Assembly: GCF_001194135.2 (NCBI RefSeq)
Contig: NC_068982.1
Location: 41,847,398-41,911,397, forward strand
DNA length: 64,000 nt
Reading direction: 5' to 3'
Source: Octopus bimaculoides
Lineage: Eukaryota
In this document: one piece after another, positions 25,563 to 38,639 of the stretch
Layout: the number at the start of each line of letters is the position of its first letter
Position numbering within the stretch: the stretch's first letter is position 1
The notes under the pieces: model-generated
What the model was told of the DNA's origin: nothing
The model's database searches: none
The model's input: the letters and a program-made list of their open reading frames with translations, nothing else
Made by a program: the position numbers and the translations under genes

Positions 25563-26852
25563 CTGAAACAGAGATACAATAACATATACAAGTTTTCCAA
25601 TTTTTCCGTTTCCATATTTGCACGTGCGCATATGTAAAGGTGCAGGGATGTGTGTGTGTGTGTATGTGTGTGCATGTGTGATTGGGTGGCCATATATTTG
25701 TTATTTATTTCTATGCCAAGCCTAAAAGATATTTCGACTGTAATTAAACAGACTCTCATCCAGACTTTGTACATCTACGACTACATTATCTGGTGAATCA
25801 TTCCTTTCTTTAAAGTTAGAAGCATGTGATATAAAAAAAATTTGGCTTCTATTTCTAGCAACTGAATGATTATTTAGAGTAGGGGTACCATTCCTTTGTC
25901 CACACGTGTCAGAAACAAGATCTGTGAGGAACTAGCATGCCTCATTCATCTACTGAACTATTATATAGTAATTACATTCTGTAATTAACAAATAAAGATA
26001 ATGGTAATAATAATAAATTATACAGGCTCAAGGCCAGATATTTGAAGGGTGAGAACATCATCATCATCATCATCGTTTAACGTCCGCTTTCCATGCTAGC
26101 ATGGGTTGGACGGTTTGACTGAGGACTGGTGAACCGGATGGTTATACCAGGCTCCAATCTGATTTGGCAGAGTTTCTACAGTTGGATGCCCTTCCTAATA
26201 CCAACCACTCCGAGAGTGTAGTGGGTGCTTTTACGTGTCACTGGCACAAAGGCCAGTCAGGTGGTACTGGCAATGGCCACACCCAAAATGGTGTATTTTA
26301 CGTGAGTCCCCTGCCACGACTTGACTATTGGTATTGGTTTCTTTATGTCTTTGTATCTTAGTGACTCATATAATAAGTGTCAGGCTCCGAAAAATAAGTA
26401 AACCTTTCAATGTGATGCTCCATTATGGCAACAATCCAATGACTGAAACAAAAGATAGAAGTATAGTTCCATTCCAAATCAAACAGAATAAACAACCTGA
26501 AATTCCCTGGGTGAACATATTTAGGTCATTGCACAATGCTTAAATCATTGAAATTACCATTTAGCTAAAATAACATACTGAGGTGATAATGCAATGTTTT
26601 AATCACAACAATTATTAGTCACACTCAAAAATCAGCCAGTATTTTTTCCAAGATGTTATTGGCTGAATAATTTGCGCCAGTGAGTCAGACCCAGCACAAA
26701 GGCCATAGATTACTGACAACTGGTGTAGAGGCTCCAGTTACATAAGCTCACATCTATAATTGTCCTCTTTGTAGAATGGGGTTCATGTCATCAGGCCTTA
26801 GTAGAAAGGATTATTATTATTGAAATAAATAAATCATTATTATTATTATTAC

Positions 26853-27072
26853 AAAGGTGGCAAACTGGCAGAATCATTAACCTGCTAGGCAAAATGCCTC
26901 GTGGTATTTCGTCTATCTTTATGTTCAAATTCTGCCAAGGTTGACTTTGCCTTTGATCTTTTCGAGGTCAATTAAATTAAGTACCAGTCAGGTACTGGGG
27001 TTGATGTAACCAACTATCACCCTCCCCCAGGAGGCCTTGTACCTATTGTAGAAAGGATTATTATTATTATCA

Positions 27073-27114
<42 letters not shown>

Positions 27115-27560
27115 AAAGCGATGAGCTGGCAGAATTGCTAGCATACTGGACAAAATGCTTAGTGGTATTTTGCCTGTTGCTATGTTCTGAGTTCAAATTC
27201 CACCAAGGTTGATTTTGCCTTTCATCTTTTCGGGGTTGATAAATTAAGTACCAGTGAATCACTGGTGTTGATGTAATAGACTAATCCCCTCCCCTCAAAT
27301 TTCAGGCCTTGTGCTTATAGTAGAAAGGATTATTATTAAGGCAGCGAGCTGGCAGAATCATTAACATGCTGCGCAAAATGCCTAGTGGCATTTTGTCTGT
27401 CTTTACATTCTGAGTTCAAATACTGCCAAGGTCAACTTTGCCTTTCATCCTTTTGGGGTCAATAAAATAAGTACCAGTTGAGCATTGGGGGTCAATGAAA
27501 TCGACTTACCCCCTCCTCCGAAATTACTGGCCTTGTGCCAAAATTTGAAATCATTATTAT
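26853..27560 (+). mobile_element. Three head-to-tail family B SINEs separated by (ATT)n
   Basis: Heads at about 26853, 27115 and 27340; the first two end in tagaaaggattattatt. Confidence 0.8.
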
Positions 27561-27990
27561 TATAATTATTTAGTAGCCATGGGTTGGATGGTATGACAGG
27601 ATCCAACAGGACCAAAGACTATATCATGCTCTACTGTCTTATTTGGCAAGGTTTCCTAATGCGTAGCTAAAGGCATTCCGTCCTTGATCATCCAGTGTTT
27701 TTTATTCAGTCAGTGTGTTCAAAGACTATACGATTATCCAATATATCCTGCTATTACAAAGACATTTGAATGAGATTTAAGAGGGAACTGATTACTATTT
27801 CTAACAAGTTGAACTGCCATGCATGAAAAACAACTGGAAGATATATCATGATGAGAGCAAAGCTTCTTTTATGATAAAGAATGAATGAAGGGAAAAAGGG
27901 AGTTGTGTTATGAAGTTGTCTTTCTGAGTGACTTGCTCGCAAAGATAATGAATAGCAATTAATTCTAAAGATACATTGCAGTATCATGGT

Positions 27991-28380
27991 TGTTGTTGTT
28001 GGCACTCCGTCGCTTACGACGTTGAGGGGTTTAGTTGATCCGATCAACGGAACAGCCTGCTCGTGAAATTAACATGCAAGTGGCTGAGCACTCCACAGAC
28101 ACGTGTACCCTTAACGTAGTTCTTGGGGGATATTCAGTGTGACACAGTGTGACAAGGCTGACCCTTTGAATTACAGGCACAACGGGAACAGGAAATAAGA
28201 GTGAGAGAAAGTTGTGGTGAAAGAGTACAGCAGGGTTCACCACCATCCCCTGCCGGAGCCTCGTGGAGCTTTTAGGTGTTTTCACTCAATAAACACTCAC
28301 AACGCCCGGTCTGGGAATCGAAACCACGATCCTATGACCGTGAGTCTGCTGCCCTAACCACTGGGCCATTGCGCCTCCAC
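27991..28380 (-). mobile_element. tRNA-derived SINE, family C, with a 13-bp target-site duplication
   Basis: tRNA-like head gtggaggcgcaatggcccagtggttagg...ttcgattcc; (AAC)n tail; TSD GCAGTATCATGGT at 27978-27990 and 28381-28393. Confidence 0.9.
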
Positions 28381-29281
28381 GCAGTATCATGGTAACATGT
28401 CTTAATCAGACACCTTAGCAGATGAGATATGAGTACCATAGCTAACCAACCAATTAAGATTATTAGTACTGAACTACCTCAACAAATGTCATTTAATTCT
28501 CAATGGCTCAGCCCATGTGGTTTTTAAATAGGTACAACAATGAAACATAATTTAATGTAAACAGCAAAAAGGTTTATCTAAAATTTGAGCTTAATTACTC
28601 TTGTGGTGCTGGAGGAGATAATGAGAAACTATTCTAGAGTATCCTCCCTTAAATAAGGTATTTGGTTTGGATTCTTCTCTGTGACTTGTGGTTTAATCTC
28701 AAGTCAGCTTTGTTTAAGATGACCTATAGTGAAAATGTATTCTATCTTTGATTATCTCGTCTTTGGGGATATTTAGAACCACTTTACTTAAGTACTTGTT
28801 TGTTTTTTTGACCATGTAATGTAACTTGAGGGAAATTGGTTGCTATTGTTAACAGGGTGATTGATCATGTAGAGCAGGGACCCCAACTATCAGGATGCAG
28901 ACTAGTACCAGGCTGCACAGAAAGAATAAATTTCTAAATTCTATTTCTATTTTATTGATTATGGCAATTTGCAAGGTGTTTTTGTATCATATGTGTATTA
29001 TATATGTAACAATTAAATTGTATATTATGCACTTTGTGTTTTGTAATATGCATGATCCCCCAGTCTGAGGAAAAATTGTCTTGCATGAAACCAGTCCGTG
29101 GTACAAAAGAGATTGGGGGCGGCCACTCATGTAAAGGCCCCATTACTGGCTCATTTTGATAACATGTATTTAAAGGTTCTGTATGTATATTCAGTTTTTT
29201 ATTTGTGTGCTTTGAGGTTTCTGTACTGTTTTTGCTAGTATCATGATTCCAGGGATGAGGGATAAAATAAAAAAAAATTAG

Positions 29282-29665
29282 ATGCTGATGTCAGGATAGT
29301 GAGAACTCTGGTCTAAGCCTCTGGATGATAGAGAATTCATAAGACACTGATGGGGTGAAATTTTGAAAAGATTTAAAAAAAAAGATCCTTGCAGTTGGGG
29401 TAAGCTAAGCAGAATATTTCTTGCTGGCCAGGCAAATTTGGTAAGTCTGAAAACTTTGTTTTGGCTGCTTGCACTAATGATCATAATAACAAATTTTGAT
29501 CAGAAGTGCTCACATAATTCTGATGAATCTGCCTTGCTTACCCCAACTGCAAAGATTTTTAAAATCTTTTGAAATTTTGCCACAAAGGGTCTTACCAATT
29601 CTATATCATCCTGGGGCATTAGATCAGTCAATAGACTAGAGTTCTTACTGTGCTAATATCAGCAT
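29282..29665. repeat. Long imperfect inverted repeat (about 140-bp arms) in intron 3 of the FERM gene
   Basis: Perfect 17-bp core TTGCAGTTGGGGTAAGC (29389-29405) / GCTTACCCCAACTGCAA (29536-29552); the flanks align. Confidence 0.85.
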
Positions 29666-29732
29666 TTCAATTTTCGTTTTTTTTTTTGTCCCTATTCCCC
29701 ACAAATCATGGTAATCAAAAAGTTTAAATTAC

Positions 29733-29834
29733 CTTGGCAAGAAGATGGAACGTAATCAGTGAGTTTCAGTTTTTGAGTTGGTTTTCGTTTACCCATCATG
29801 ACAGCGAAATAACAGTGGTACTTCTTATTTACAC
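29733..29834 (-). CDS. FERM-only protein exon 3 (VNKKYHCYFAVMMGKRKPTQKLKLTDYVPSSCQ-D), end of F1
   Basis: Acceptor gttctattccag|, donor AAG|gtaatt, 102 nt, phase 1 to 1; YF and KL spacing resembles the SNX F1 lobe. Confidence 0.85.
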
Positions 29835-31390
29835 CTGGAATAGAACAACGAGTACATTAAATGAATTAATTTGGTATTAATGTTTTTGTTCTTGATGTTA
29901 TTGTAGTTGATTGGCCCAAAGCCAACTCTGGTTGAGCAGGCCGACCAGCAAAGGCATTCCAGCCTCAATCATCCTGTCAATTATTAACATATACTGTATT
30001 ACCTAAAGAATCCTTCTTTAAGAGTAGGTTGTAAGTTAGGGAGATTTAGCTGCTATTTCTAGCATTTCAAATGACACAAAGTGGCTCGAACATTACTAGA
30101 AAATAGAGAAAGGTAGCTAAGAAGTAATTTTCTAACTGAGAAAGAAAAAAAATCTCAGATCATAATTTTCTTTACTAGAGAATTTGTTTTGCAATCATAT
30201 TCTGTGTAATCAAAAACAATGTAAAAAAATATCAAGAGACTATGCTCGCTTCAAGATACATATCTTATAACAATAGTCACTTAATATTCTGCATGTTAAA
30301 AGGGGCGAGTTCTATAATGAGGGGGAAGGTACGATATCGTACAATAGATGACGGAGTGATTTCCCTTGATATGAAAACTATTACAAAAGAAGAGCCGTCA
30401 TTTTATTATAGAAACGGATTTGGTTCAAATTATCTAATGTTCATGCATTAAATTTCCAATTTATTTGGAACTGACATCAGATGTTAGGTTAAATATAACT
30501 ATTATTTAGAAAAAATTGTGATGACAGGCTACTTTTAAGTGAAAATATGCAATCGTCTGTGATTTGAAATACTGTAGAATTGTATATAAAAATATTTGTA
30601 TGATTCTAAATAAAGTTGCTGATTTCTACACCAAAAGCCATTGTTAGTACAAAGCATTCAATGCAGAGTTGACAGGCGCAGGCGTGGCTGTGTGATAAGA
30701 AGCTTGCTTCTCAACTAAATGGTTCCAGGTTCAGTCCCCCACATGGCACCTTGGGCAAGTGTCTTCTATTGTAGCATTTAAACCAGCCATATCCAACGCA
30801 AATATTCTATCTGCTTCAAGTTCAAACCAGCCAGATCCAGCCTCTCACATTTACCCTAAAATGTCATTCTAAATATAAACAATCACATCACTGAAATCTT
30901 GAGGCTACAAGGTAATGGATAATTAATTCAAAGCAATATGAATGAATATTATATTTGACAGTTAAATGGTTAAAGGCTTTAAAAATTATAAGTCATGCTA
31001 TTAAAGGGTTTAAAGGCTATAAGCAATACTGCTGTGGTTTGTTTTATATTATTTATTTAAAGAAAATTACAATTAAGTATAAGTCATAATTTATAAAAAT
31101 TTGAATAAAAAGGGACAGATTTTATCAAACAATATTATGAAGCAGAAGGATAAAAAAAGGACAAGAAAAATATTGGTTTCCAATTTTGGCACAAGGCCAA
31201 CAATTTCAGGGAGGGGGTAAGTTGATTACATTGACCCCAATGGTCAACTGGTACTTATTTTATCAACCACAAATTTGAACTCAGAATGTATAGACAGTCG
31301 AAATGCCACTAAGCATTTTGCTTGACATACTAATGATACCGCCAGCTCATTGCCTTTTAAAGTTTCTGTTGGGATTTCAAATACGTAAAT

Positions 31391-32506
31391 CAGTGGTTCT
31401 CAACCTTTTTACTCTTGCATAACCCTTAGTCTCAAGGAACCTCTGCACAAAAAAAATATACCATATCTTTCTCATATTTTTTCATCATAGTTCATGTGGT
31501 AAATATCATATATATATATATCATCATCATCATCATCATCATCGTTTAACGTCCGCTTTCCACGCTAGCTCTCTACCCCTGCTGGCGACAAAGGGACTCT
31601 CACTCAGAGTAAAAGGCAGACTGTATGACGCATGTGTACGAACAGCCATGCTATATGGCAGTGAAACATGGGCTGTAACTGCTGAGGACATACGTAAGCT
31701 CGCAAGGAATGAAGCCAGCATGCTCCGTTGGATGTGTATATNNNNNNNNNNNNNNNNNNNNNNNNNNNNNNNNNNNNNNNNNNNNNNNNNNNNNNNNNNN
31801 NNNNNNNNNNNNNNNNNNNNNNNNNNNNNNNNNNNNNNNNNNNNNNNNNNNNNNNNNNNNNNNNNNNNNNNNNNNNNNNNNNNNNNNNNNNNNNNNNNNN
31901 NNNNNNNNNNNNNNNNNNNNNNNNNNNNNNNNNNNNNNNNNNNNNNNNNNNNNNNNNNNNNNNNNNNNNNNNNNNNNNNNNNNNNNNNNNNNNNNNNNNN
32001 NNNNNNNNNNNNNNNNNNNNNNNNNNNNNNNNNNNNNNNNNNNNNNNNNNNNNNNNNNNNNNNNNNNNNNNNNNNNNNNNNNNNNNNNNNNNNNNNNNNN
32101 NNNNNNNNNNNNNNNNNNNNNNNNNNNNNNNNNNNNNNNNNNNNNNNNNNNNNNNNNNNNNNNNNNNNNNNNNNNNNNNNNNNNNNNNNNNNNNNNNNNN
32201 NNNNNNNNNNNNNNNNNNNNNNNNNNNNNNNNNNNNNNNNNNNNNNNNNNNNNNNNNNNNNNNNNNNNNNNNNNNNNNNNNNNNNNNNNNNNNNNNNNNN
32301 NNNNNNNNNNNNNGGTTGTTATATTTTTTTTGATAACACAAATAATAGGTTAGCTAGGATGATGTCTATGTTACAATATTACAATAACCAATAATGTGTT
32401 GTGCATGTATAGTAATATTATGGTCATGAAATTAGCATTAGCTTATCTCACTCTTTTTCACCGAACCCCTAGGAAACTTTTGCAGAACCCCGGTTGAGAA
32501 ACACTG
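31391..32506. mobile_element. hAT-type MITE ending 50 nt from the exon 2 donor
   Basis: TIRs CAGTGGTTCTCAACC / GGTTGAGAAACACTG; 8-bp TSD ACGTAAAT / ACTTAAAT. Confidence 0.8.
31520..31741. mobile_element. RTE LINE insertion with inverted structure, nested in a hAT-like MITE
   Basis: Minus-oriented tail (catcatcgtttaacgtccgctttccacgctagc) fused to plus-oriented RT sequence LSLRVKGRLYDACVRTAMLYGSETW. Confidence 0.75.
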
Positions 32507-32556
32507 ACTTAAATTGATGCTTTTTTATTGTGTTGAGAAAGAAAGCAATATATTAC

Positions 32557-32626
32557 CGATTTTGTCAAGTACTTTTTTATGCAGATCCTCAACAAGAACT
32601 TGGTTATCGATTTCACGTAGAACCAC
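32557..32626 (-). CDS. FERM-only protein exon 2 (VVLREIDNQVLVEDLHKKVLDKI-G), F1/RA-like lobe
   Basis: Acceptor ttttcttttag|, donor CG|gtaata, 70 nt, phase 0 to 1, open frame. Confidence 0.85.
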
Positions 32627-33119
32627 CTAAAAGAAAACCAAATAAACATTAGCGTATGCTAAATTTTACTGTTTTGTTAAAATAAGTAATTATTTTGTTA
32701 TATAAGTATAACTAAGAATATTTGGTATAACTACACAAGTGCTGCCTCCCCCCCATGCCCAACTTTGTTTCCTCATATCTTTCAGGAAAATGGATAAATT
32801 TTTAATGAAATTTTCAATGAATGCCTTTCAGATGGTATAGATTCTCATTATATAAGAATTAGTGATGGAAAATGTTTCTGGAGCCAGAGGGGAGAGAAGT
32901 TTTGGATAATTTACACAAGTTGTGTTTGTTTCTGCATATCTTGCATAAAAATTGGCATTTCTTAATAAAATGTTTTACAAATATCTTTCAGATGCTGTAG
33001 ATTAGATTATATCAGAGTTTGTTGTGGTAAAAAAAAAATGGTGGGTGCACACATACATACATACATGCATGCATGCATGGTGGTTGTCTACTCTTTATGC
33101 AGAATTTGACCACCTCCTG

Positions 33120-33720
33120 TACCTACACCTTAGCACCATCATAGCATCTGATGTGGCTTTTTAAACCAGACAATGTTCTGAAAAGACACCCAAATAGATT
33201 GCACCTCTGATATGGATCACCAAGAGCTGCAGATAAGTTCTGCTCTTTGTGGATCTTAAAATGTCTTCTTTTGAGGCCTCCATTGGATTTGCAAACCTTC
33301 TGGCATTCAAAGGTGTGCACAGACATATACACAGAATAGTTGGTGGAGGTTCGTTTTTCATGTGTTCACAGATGAGATTTGAGGCCAGCAAAAGACAGGC
33401 ATGGTCTGTCACAGACTGTGCACACAAAAAGGTCATTGTCATTCACATTCTTGATCGTTACATTCTTCCTTAGAATCTCTTTTGAGTCTTACTTGCATTA
33501 TCCTGGCCTCTTCAAATGATTTCACTCCACACCTTTGTTCGCCATCCAACTCAGTCCAAAGCAAGGGTTTCTATATCTTCTGGAACCATTCCAAGTGACT
33601 TCATAGTAGTCCTTATGCCATCCTTAAACCTTTTGTTTTTAGCTTTACACTGCAAGTTGCTTGATAATTTCAAGTTTGCAACATTTAACTTTTTGGGTTA
33701 TGCCAGGTCACTCTCGAGTG
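33120..33720 (-). mobile_element. RTE-clade LINE C-terminal fragment
   Basis: KRFKDGIRTTMKSLG...LALD*VGWR and C..C.S..GLK / TLSGLKSHIR zinc-finger-like motifs. Confidence 0.7.
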
Positions 33721-35112
33721 CTACTGGTAACATGTAATCCAGTACAACCTGTCGGATGGTCAGGTTGTTGGCAACTAAACTGGCAACCCCACCAGGCTTG
33801 CTTGGACACCTTTCGGGATGAAAAAATAAGACCTGTCAAAGGGCAGATGAACTCCTGAACAGTCAACGGCCATCCAACAAAATGTCAGTAAATATGTATA
33901 CATCATTTGTTTTTACATACATACATACCCACACACATCACAAAATATTTTTCAAAATTTCAAGTTTCATTTTGTAGATATATATATGTGATAACAGTAT
34001 GTATGTGTGCATATGCACTAAGTTTTTCTTTTTTATACATTAAATTGCAATATAATTGTAATCTGTATCATCTGAAAGGTACTTGTAGAAAATTTCATTT
34101 AAAAATATTCATTCATTGGAAAGTTATGAGGAAACAATGTTGGTGCGTGGTGGTGATAATATTTGTGGTGGTGGTGGGGGGGGGGGCACATTTGGGTTGG
34201 TATGCCAAATATTCTAGTTTTGAGAATATTACAGAGAAGGGTTTATATAGACCTAAAATAAACTAGTTTATAAAAGAGGAATTGTTGTCATGGAGAGAAA
34301 GAGAAGTGAGTGAAATAATTGCTATGAAAAATGTAACAGTCAGTCATGGATAGCAAGGAACATAAGCCTTTGTGGATAATTTAACAGAAAATTACAAAGC
34401 AAAGTAAAAAAAAAAAAAGAAACAAATGCGAAAGGAAACTAATACAAACGCAACACTGTTTACATAGTGCAGGCAAATAATGAGCTCAGGAAAGCCACAC
34501 TGAGATGTCTGCTTGACTGACAGGAAACTAGATTTCTAGGTGCATTAGTTACATGGCTGTAATTAACTGAACATGGTATTGTGAAGCAAAGGCTGTTGGC
34601 TATTTCAGTTGTCCACTGCTTGTAGTAGATAATTTCTCCAATACAGGTGATATAAATATTACTAGTGGTGGAGCAAGGGAAAGCAGGTAATGAATATAAC
34701 TGCAAGAACTATTGTTACTGTTGCTGTTGTTTAATCTCATAGAGGCCCTGGTTTAGCAAATTTATGCAAATTTATGATCAAAGGCATTTTAACTAGAATC
34801 ATTCCATCTTTTTATATAACCAAAGCTACGTAACATCACCACTGCCACCGACTGTAAATGCTGGATGAACATGAGTTCAGTATATTGCTAATTCTCTTTT
34901 TTTTTGTAATTTCTTCTGTATTGCTCAGAATCCCTAGGTTTCACCTGTTTCTTTCCATGCTTCCTTCTCCCCCCCCCCCCCNNNNNNNNNNNNNNNNNNN
35001 NNNNNNNNNNNNNNNNNNNNCTTCACCGACTGCCACCAGAATCACCATTGTCATCATCACTGTTGTCATTGTCGTTCTGTCATCCACTTTTCCATGTTCA
35101 TATGAGTCAGAA

Positions 35113-35343
35113 AGGCGGCGAGCTGGCAGAATCGTTAGCACGTCGAGCGAAATGCTGAGTGGTATTTCGTCTGCCGTTACGTTCTGAGTTCAAATTCCGC
35201 CGAGGTCTACTTTGCCTTTCATCCTTTCGGGGTCGATAAATAAAGTACCAGTTATGCACTGGAATCGATGTAATCGACTTAATCCCTTTGTCTGTCCTTG
35301 TTTGTCCCCTCTATGTTTAGCCCCTTGTAGGCAATAAAGAAAT
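35113..35343 (+). mobile_element. tRNA-derived SINE, family B (ggcggcgagctggcagaatcgttagc...)
   Basis: Multicopy: about 3380-3600, 18740-18910 (-), 19070-19260, 31180-31350 (-), 39600-39830. Confidence 0.8.
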
Positions 35344-36797
35344 ATATGTTCATATGAGTCAGAATTTATTGAGAAAGATTTCTTGTAGTCAGATGCCCTT
35401 CCTGTTACTACCCCTCACTTGTTTCCAAGAAAGGGAATACTTTCCCGTGGCCAGACATGTTTTTTCAAAGAAGACTGGAAATGAACATCACCTGTATAAT
35501 GGTGCTGCTTGTTTACAACTATCTCATGATGTCAAGACAAGGGTACACACAAACACGCACACAAATACACACACATACCTTTTATCACTTACATGTTTCA
35601 CTCATCTGACTGCGCCCATACTGGGGCACTACCTTGAAGAATTTTTAGTCAAATCAATCAACCTTAGTGCTTATATTTTTTTAAACCTGATACTTACTCT
35701 ATCGGTCTCATTTATCAAACTGCTGAGTTACAGGGATGTAAACACACCAACACTGGTTGTCAAGTGCTAGTGGGGAACAAACACAGTCACAAAGACACAT
35801 GCACACATGGGCTTCTTTCAGTTTCTGCCTACCAAATTCACTCATAAGGCTTTAGATGACCCAAAGCTATAGTAGAAGACACTTGCCCAAGGCGCCACAC
35901 AGCAGGACTGAACCTAAAACTATTTGGTTGGGAAGCAAGCTTCTTACCACACAGCCATGCCTGCACCTAAATAAATATATATATATATATAGGGTACAAT
36001 ATATATATGTATATNNNNNNNNNNNNNNNNNNNNNNNNNNNNNNNNNNNNNNNNNNNNNNNNNNNNNNNNNNNNNNNNNNNNNNNNNNNNNNNNNNNNNN
36101 NNNNNNNNNNNNNNNNNNNNNNNNNNNNNNNNNNNNNNNNNNNNNNNNNNNNNNNNNNNNNNNNNNNNNNNNNNNNNNNNNNNNNNNNNNNNNNNNNNNN
36201 NNNNNNNNNNNNNNNNNNNNNNNNNNNNNNNNNNNNNNNNNNNNNNNNNNNNNNNNNNNNNNNNNNNNNNNNNNNNNNNNNNNNNNNNNNNNNNNNNNNN
36301 NNNNNNNNNNNNNNNNNNNNNNNNNNNNNNNNNNNNNNNNNNNNNNNNNNNNNNNNNNNNNNNNNNNNNNNNNNNNNNNNNNNNNNNNNNNNNNNNNNNN
36401 NNNNNNNNNNNNNNNNNNNNNNNNNNNNNNNNNNNNNNNNNNNNNNNNNNNNNNNNNNNNNNNNNNNNNNNNNNNNNNNNNNNNNNNNNNNNNNNNNNNN
36501 NNNNNNNNNNNNNNNNNNNNNNNNNNNNNNNNNNNNNNNNNNNNNNNNNNNNNNNNNNNNNNNNNNNNNNNNNNNNNNNNNNNNNNNNNNNNNNNNNNNN
36601 NNNNNNNNNNNNNNNNNNNNNNNNNNNNNNNNNNNNNNNNNNNNNNNNNNNNNNNNNNNNNNNNNNNNNNNNNNNNNNNNNNNNNNNNNNNNNNNNNNNN
36701 NNNNNNNNNNNNNNNNNNNNNNNNNNNNNNNNNNNNNNNNNNNNNNNNNNNNNNNNNNNNNNNNNNNNNNNNNNNNNNNNNNNNNNNNNNNNNNNNN

Positions 36798-36840
<43 letters not shown>

Positions 36841-37169
36841 TAATCATCATCATTATTTAGTGTTCACTTTTCCATGCTTGTATGGGTTCAGATAGGATTT
36901 GCAGAGATGGATTTTCTATAGAAAGATGCCCTTCCTGTTGCCAACCCTCGCCTGTTTCCAAGTAAGGTAGTATTCCCCATGACCAAACATGTTTACATGG
37001 AAGGCTGGAAATGAAGGACACCACTTGCAACATGGTGACATTTATTTACAGCTGTCACATGAAGACAAGGCAAGGAGACAGCAGCACACACATGCAAGCA
37101 TACACACAAGCACATTATTTACATTTGACAAGATGAGGATAAATATCTGTCAAATGTAAATAATGTACA

Positions 37170-37470
37170 TAATTTCTCATCTCTCAAATATAGAACTGTA
37201 TTATCTAATCGGTACGGAGCCGATATAAGACATACAGAGAAACTCCATCAAAAACTAGCTCATCTTTCAAACCGTCTAACTTTCCTGTGTAAATGTAGAG
37301 ACTCAAAACTAATACCACCTGGCTTGAATGTAATGACATCATTGCATTCATATAAAGCTCGAAGAGTAACAGAAAGAGCAGGATGAAGGCTGGAGAGTAT
37401 ATCAGCTGAAATGTAGCGTGTTAACAACAAACAAGATAATTCCTCATCTCTCAAATATAGAACTGTATAC
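37170..37470 (+). mobile_element. Penelope-like element N-terminal ORF fragment
   Basis: YGADIRHTEKLHQKLAHLSNRLTFLCKCRDSKLIPPGL resembles the PLE N-terminal FL..C....LIP.GL motif; flanked by a 30-bp direct repeat. Confidence 0.6.
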
Positions 37471-38186
37471 ACACAAGCATATACGCACACACATGCAAGC
37501 ACACACACACACAATAGATTTCTTTCAGATTCTACCTACCAAATCCTCTCACATGGCTTCATTTGGCCCAGGGATATAGTAGAAGACACTTGTCTAAGGT
37601 GTCATGCAGTTGTACTGAACCTGAGACTATATGGTTGGGAATGAAACTTCTTACCACACAACCATGCCTGTGCCTATTATGTCTATATGCATATATATAT
37701 ATATGTGTGTGTGTGTGTGTCTATCTACCTGTATGTGTGTGTGTATGTAACCAAAAACTATCAAAACATACATATAAACATATAAAAAACATACATTGTT
37801 CCATCATTTAAATATTGATTTTTTTAAAACCTCTATCATTCATTAACCCTTTATCATTGAAACTGACCAGATCCAGCAACTCACACCTACCCTACAATGT
37901 CATTCTGAAAATAAACTATCACATCTTCAAAATCTCTAAGCTACAAAATGTATCAGTGTCTACCTACTTAATTATATCTCACTTTGTTTGTGAGAGCACC
38001 AGGACTAGTGGGTTAGAGTGTAGCACTCATGGTTGTGAGATCATGAGTTTGATTCCTGGACCAGGTGTGTTGTGGTGTTCTTGAGGCAAAGTGCTTCATC
38101 TCACATTGTTCTACAATCTCTTTGACATCTGACATGTGGAACAAGTTCGGAGGAGGGGTTGTTTTGAAACTGAAATCCATTCTGTT

Positions 38187-38255
<69 letters not shown>

Positions 38256-38639
38256 GTGTACCTCAATTTACATTGTTAATTGGCTCCAACATATGTGACT
38301 TGAAAAACAATATAACAAAAAAAATCATTAAAAAACATTTATAAGTATATATCTGTTTTAAATAACGGTTTGTACTTATTTTCACATCTATTTTATTTGA
38401 TTTTCCATTCAGTATTGATTTTTAGGTGTTTTTAGATTCCTATGCTTTTAAATATGTTAACTGAGATCAACATAAAGTTGGATAAATTGACGAAAGTTAA
38501 GGCTTATTTTTTCCATTAATTTCTTAAAAAAACTATGTAAAGTCAAAAAGGATGTAACTTAGAACAACATAAGTTGATTGACCAACAGACTGACCTACCT
38601 ATTTATCTAAACACACATTCACATGCATGTTGTTACTGA

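Noticed and set aside
28255-28380. tRNA-like sequence
   Set aside because: It is the head of a SINE with a tail and TSD; no complete cloverleaf.
30329-30342. Perfect 14-bp palindrome GTACGATATCGTAC
   Set aside because: Single short palindrome with no supporting context.
34460-34705. 81-aa minus-strand ORF as a possible extra FERM-gene exon
   Set aside because: Exon 1 and exon 2 already join in phase to give a coherent F1 lobe, and the splice sites here are weak.
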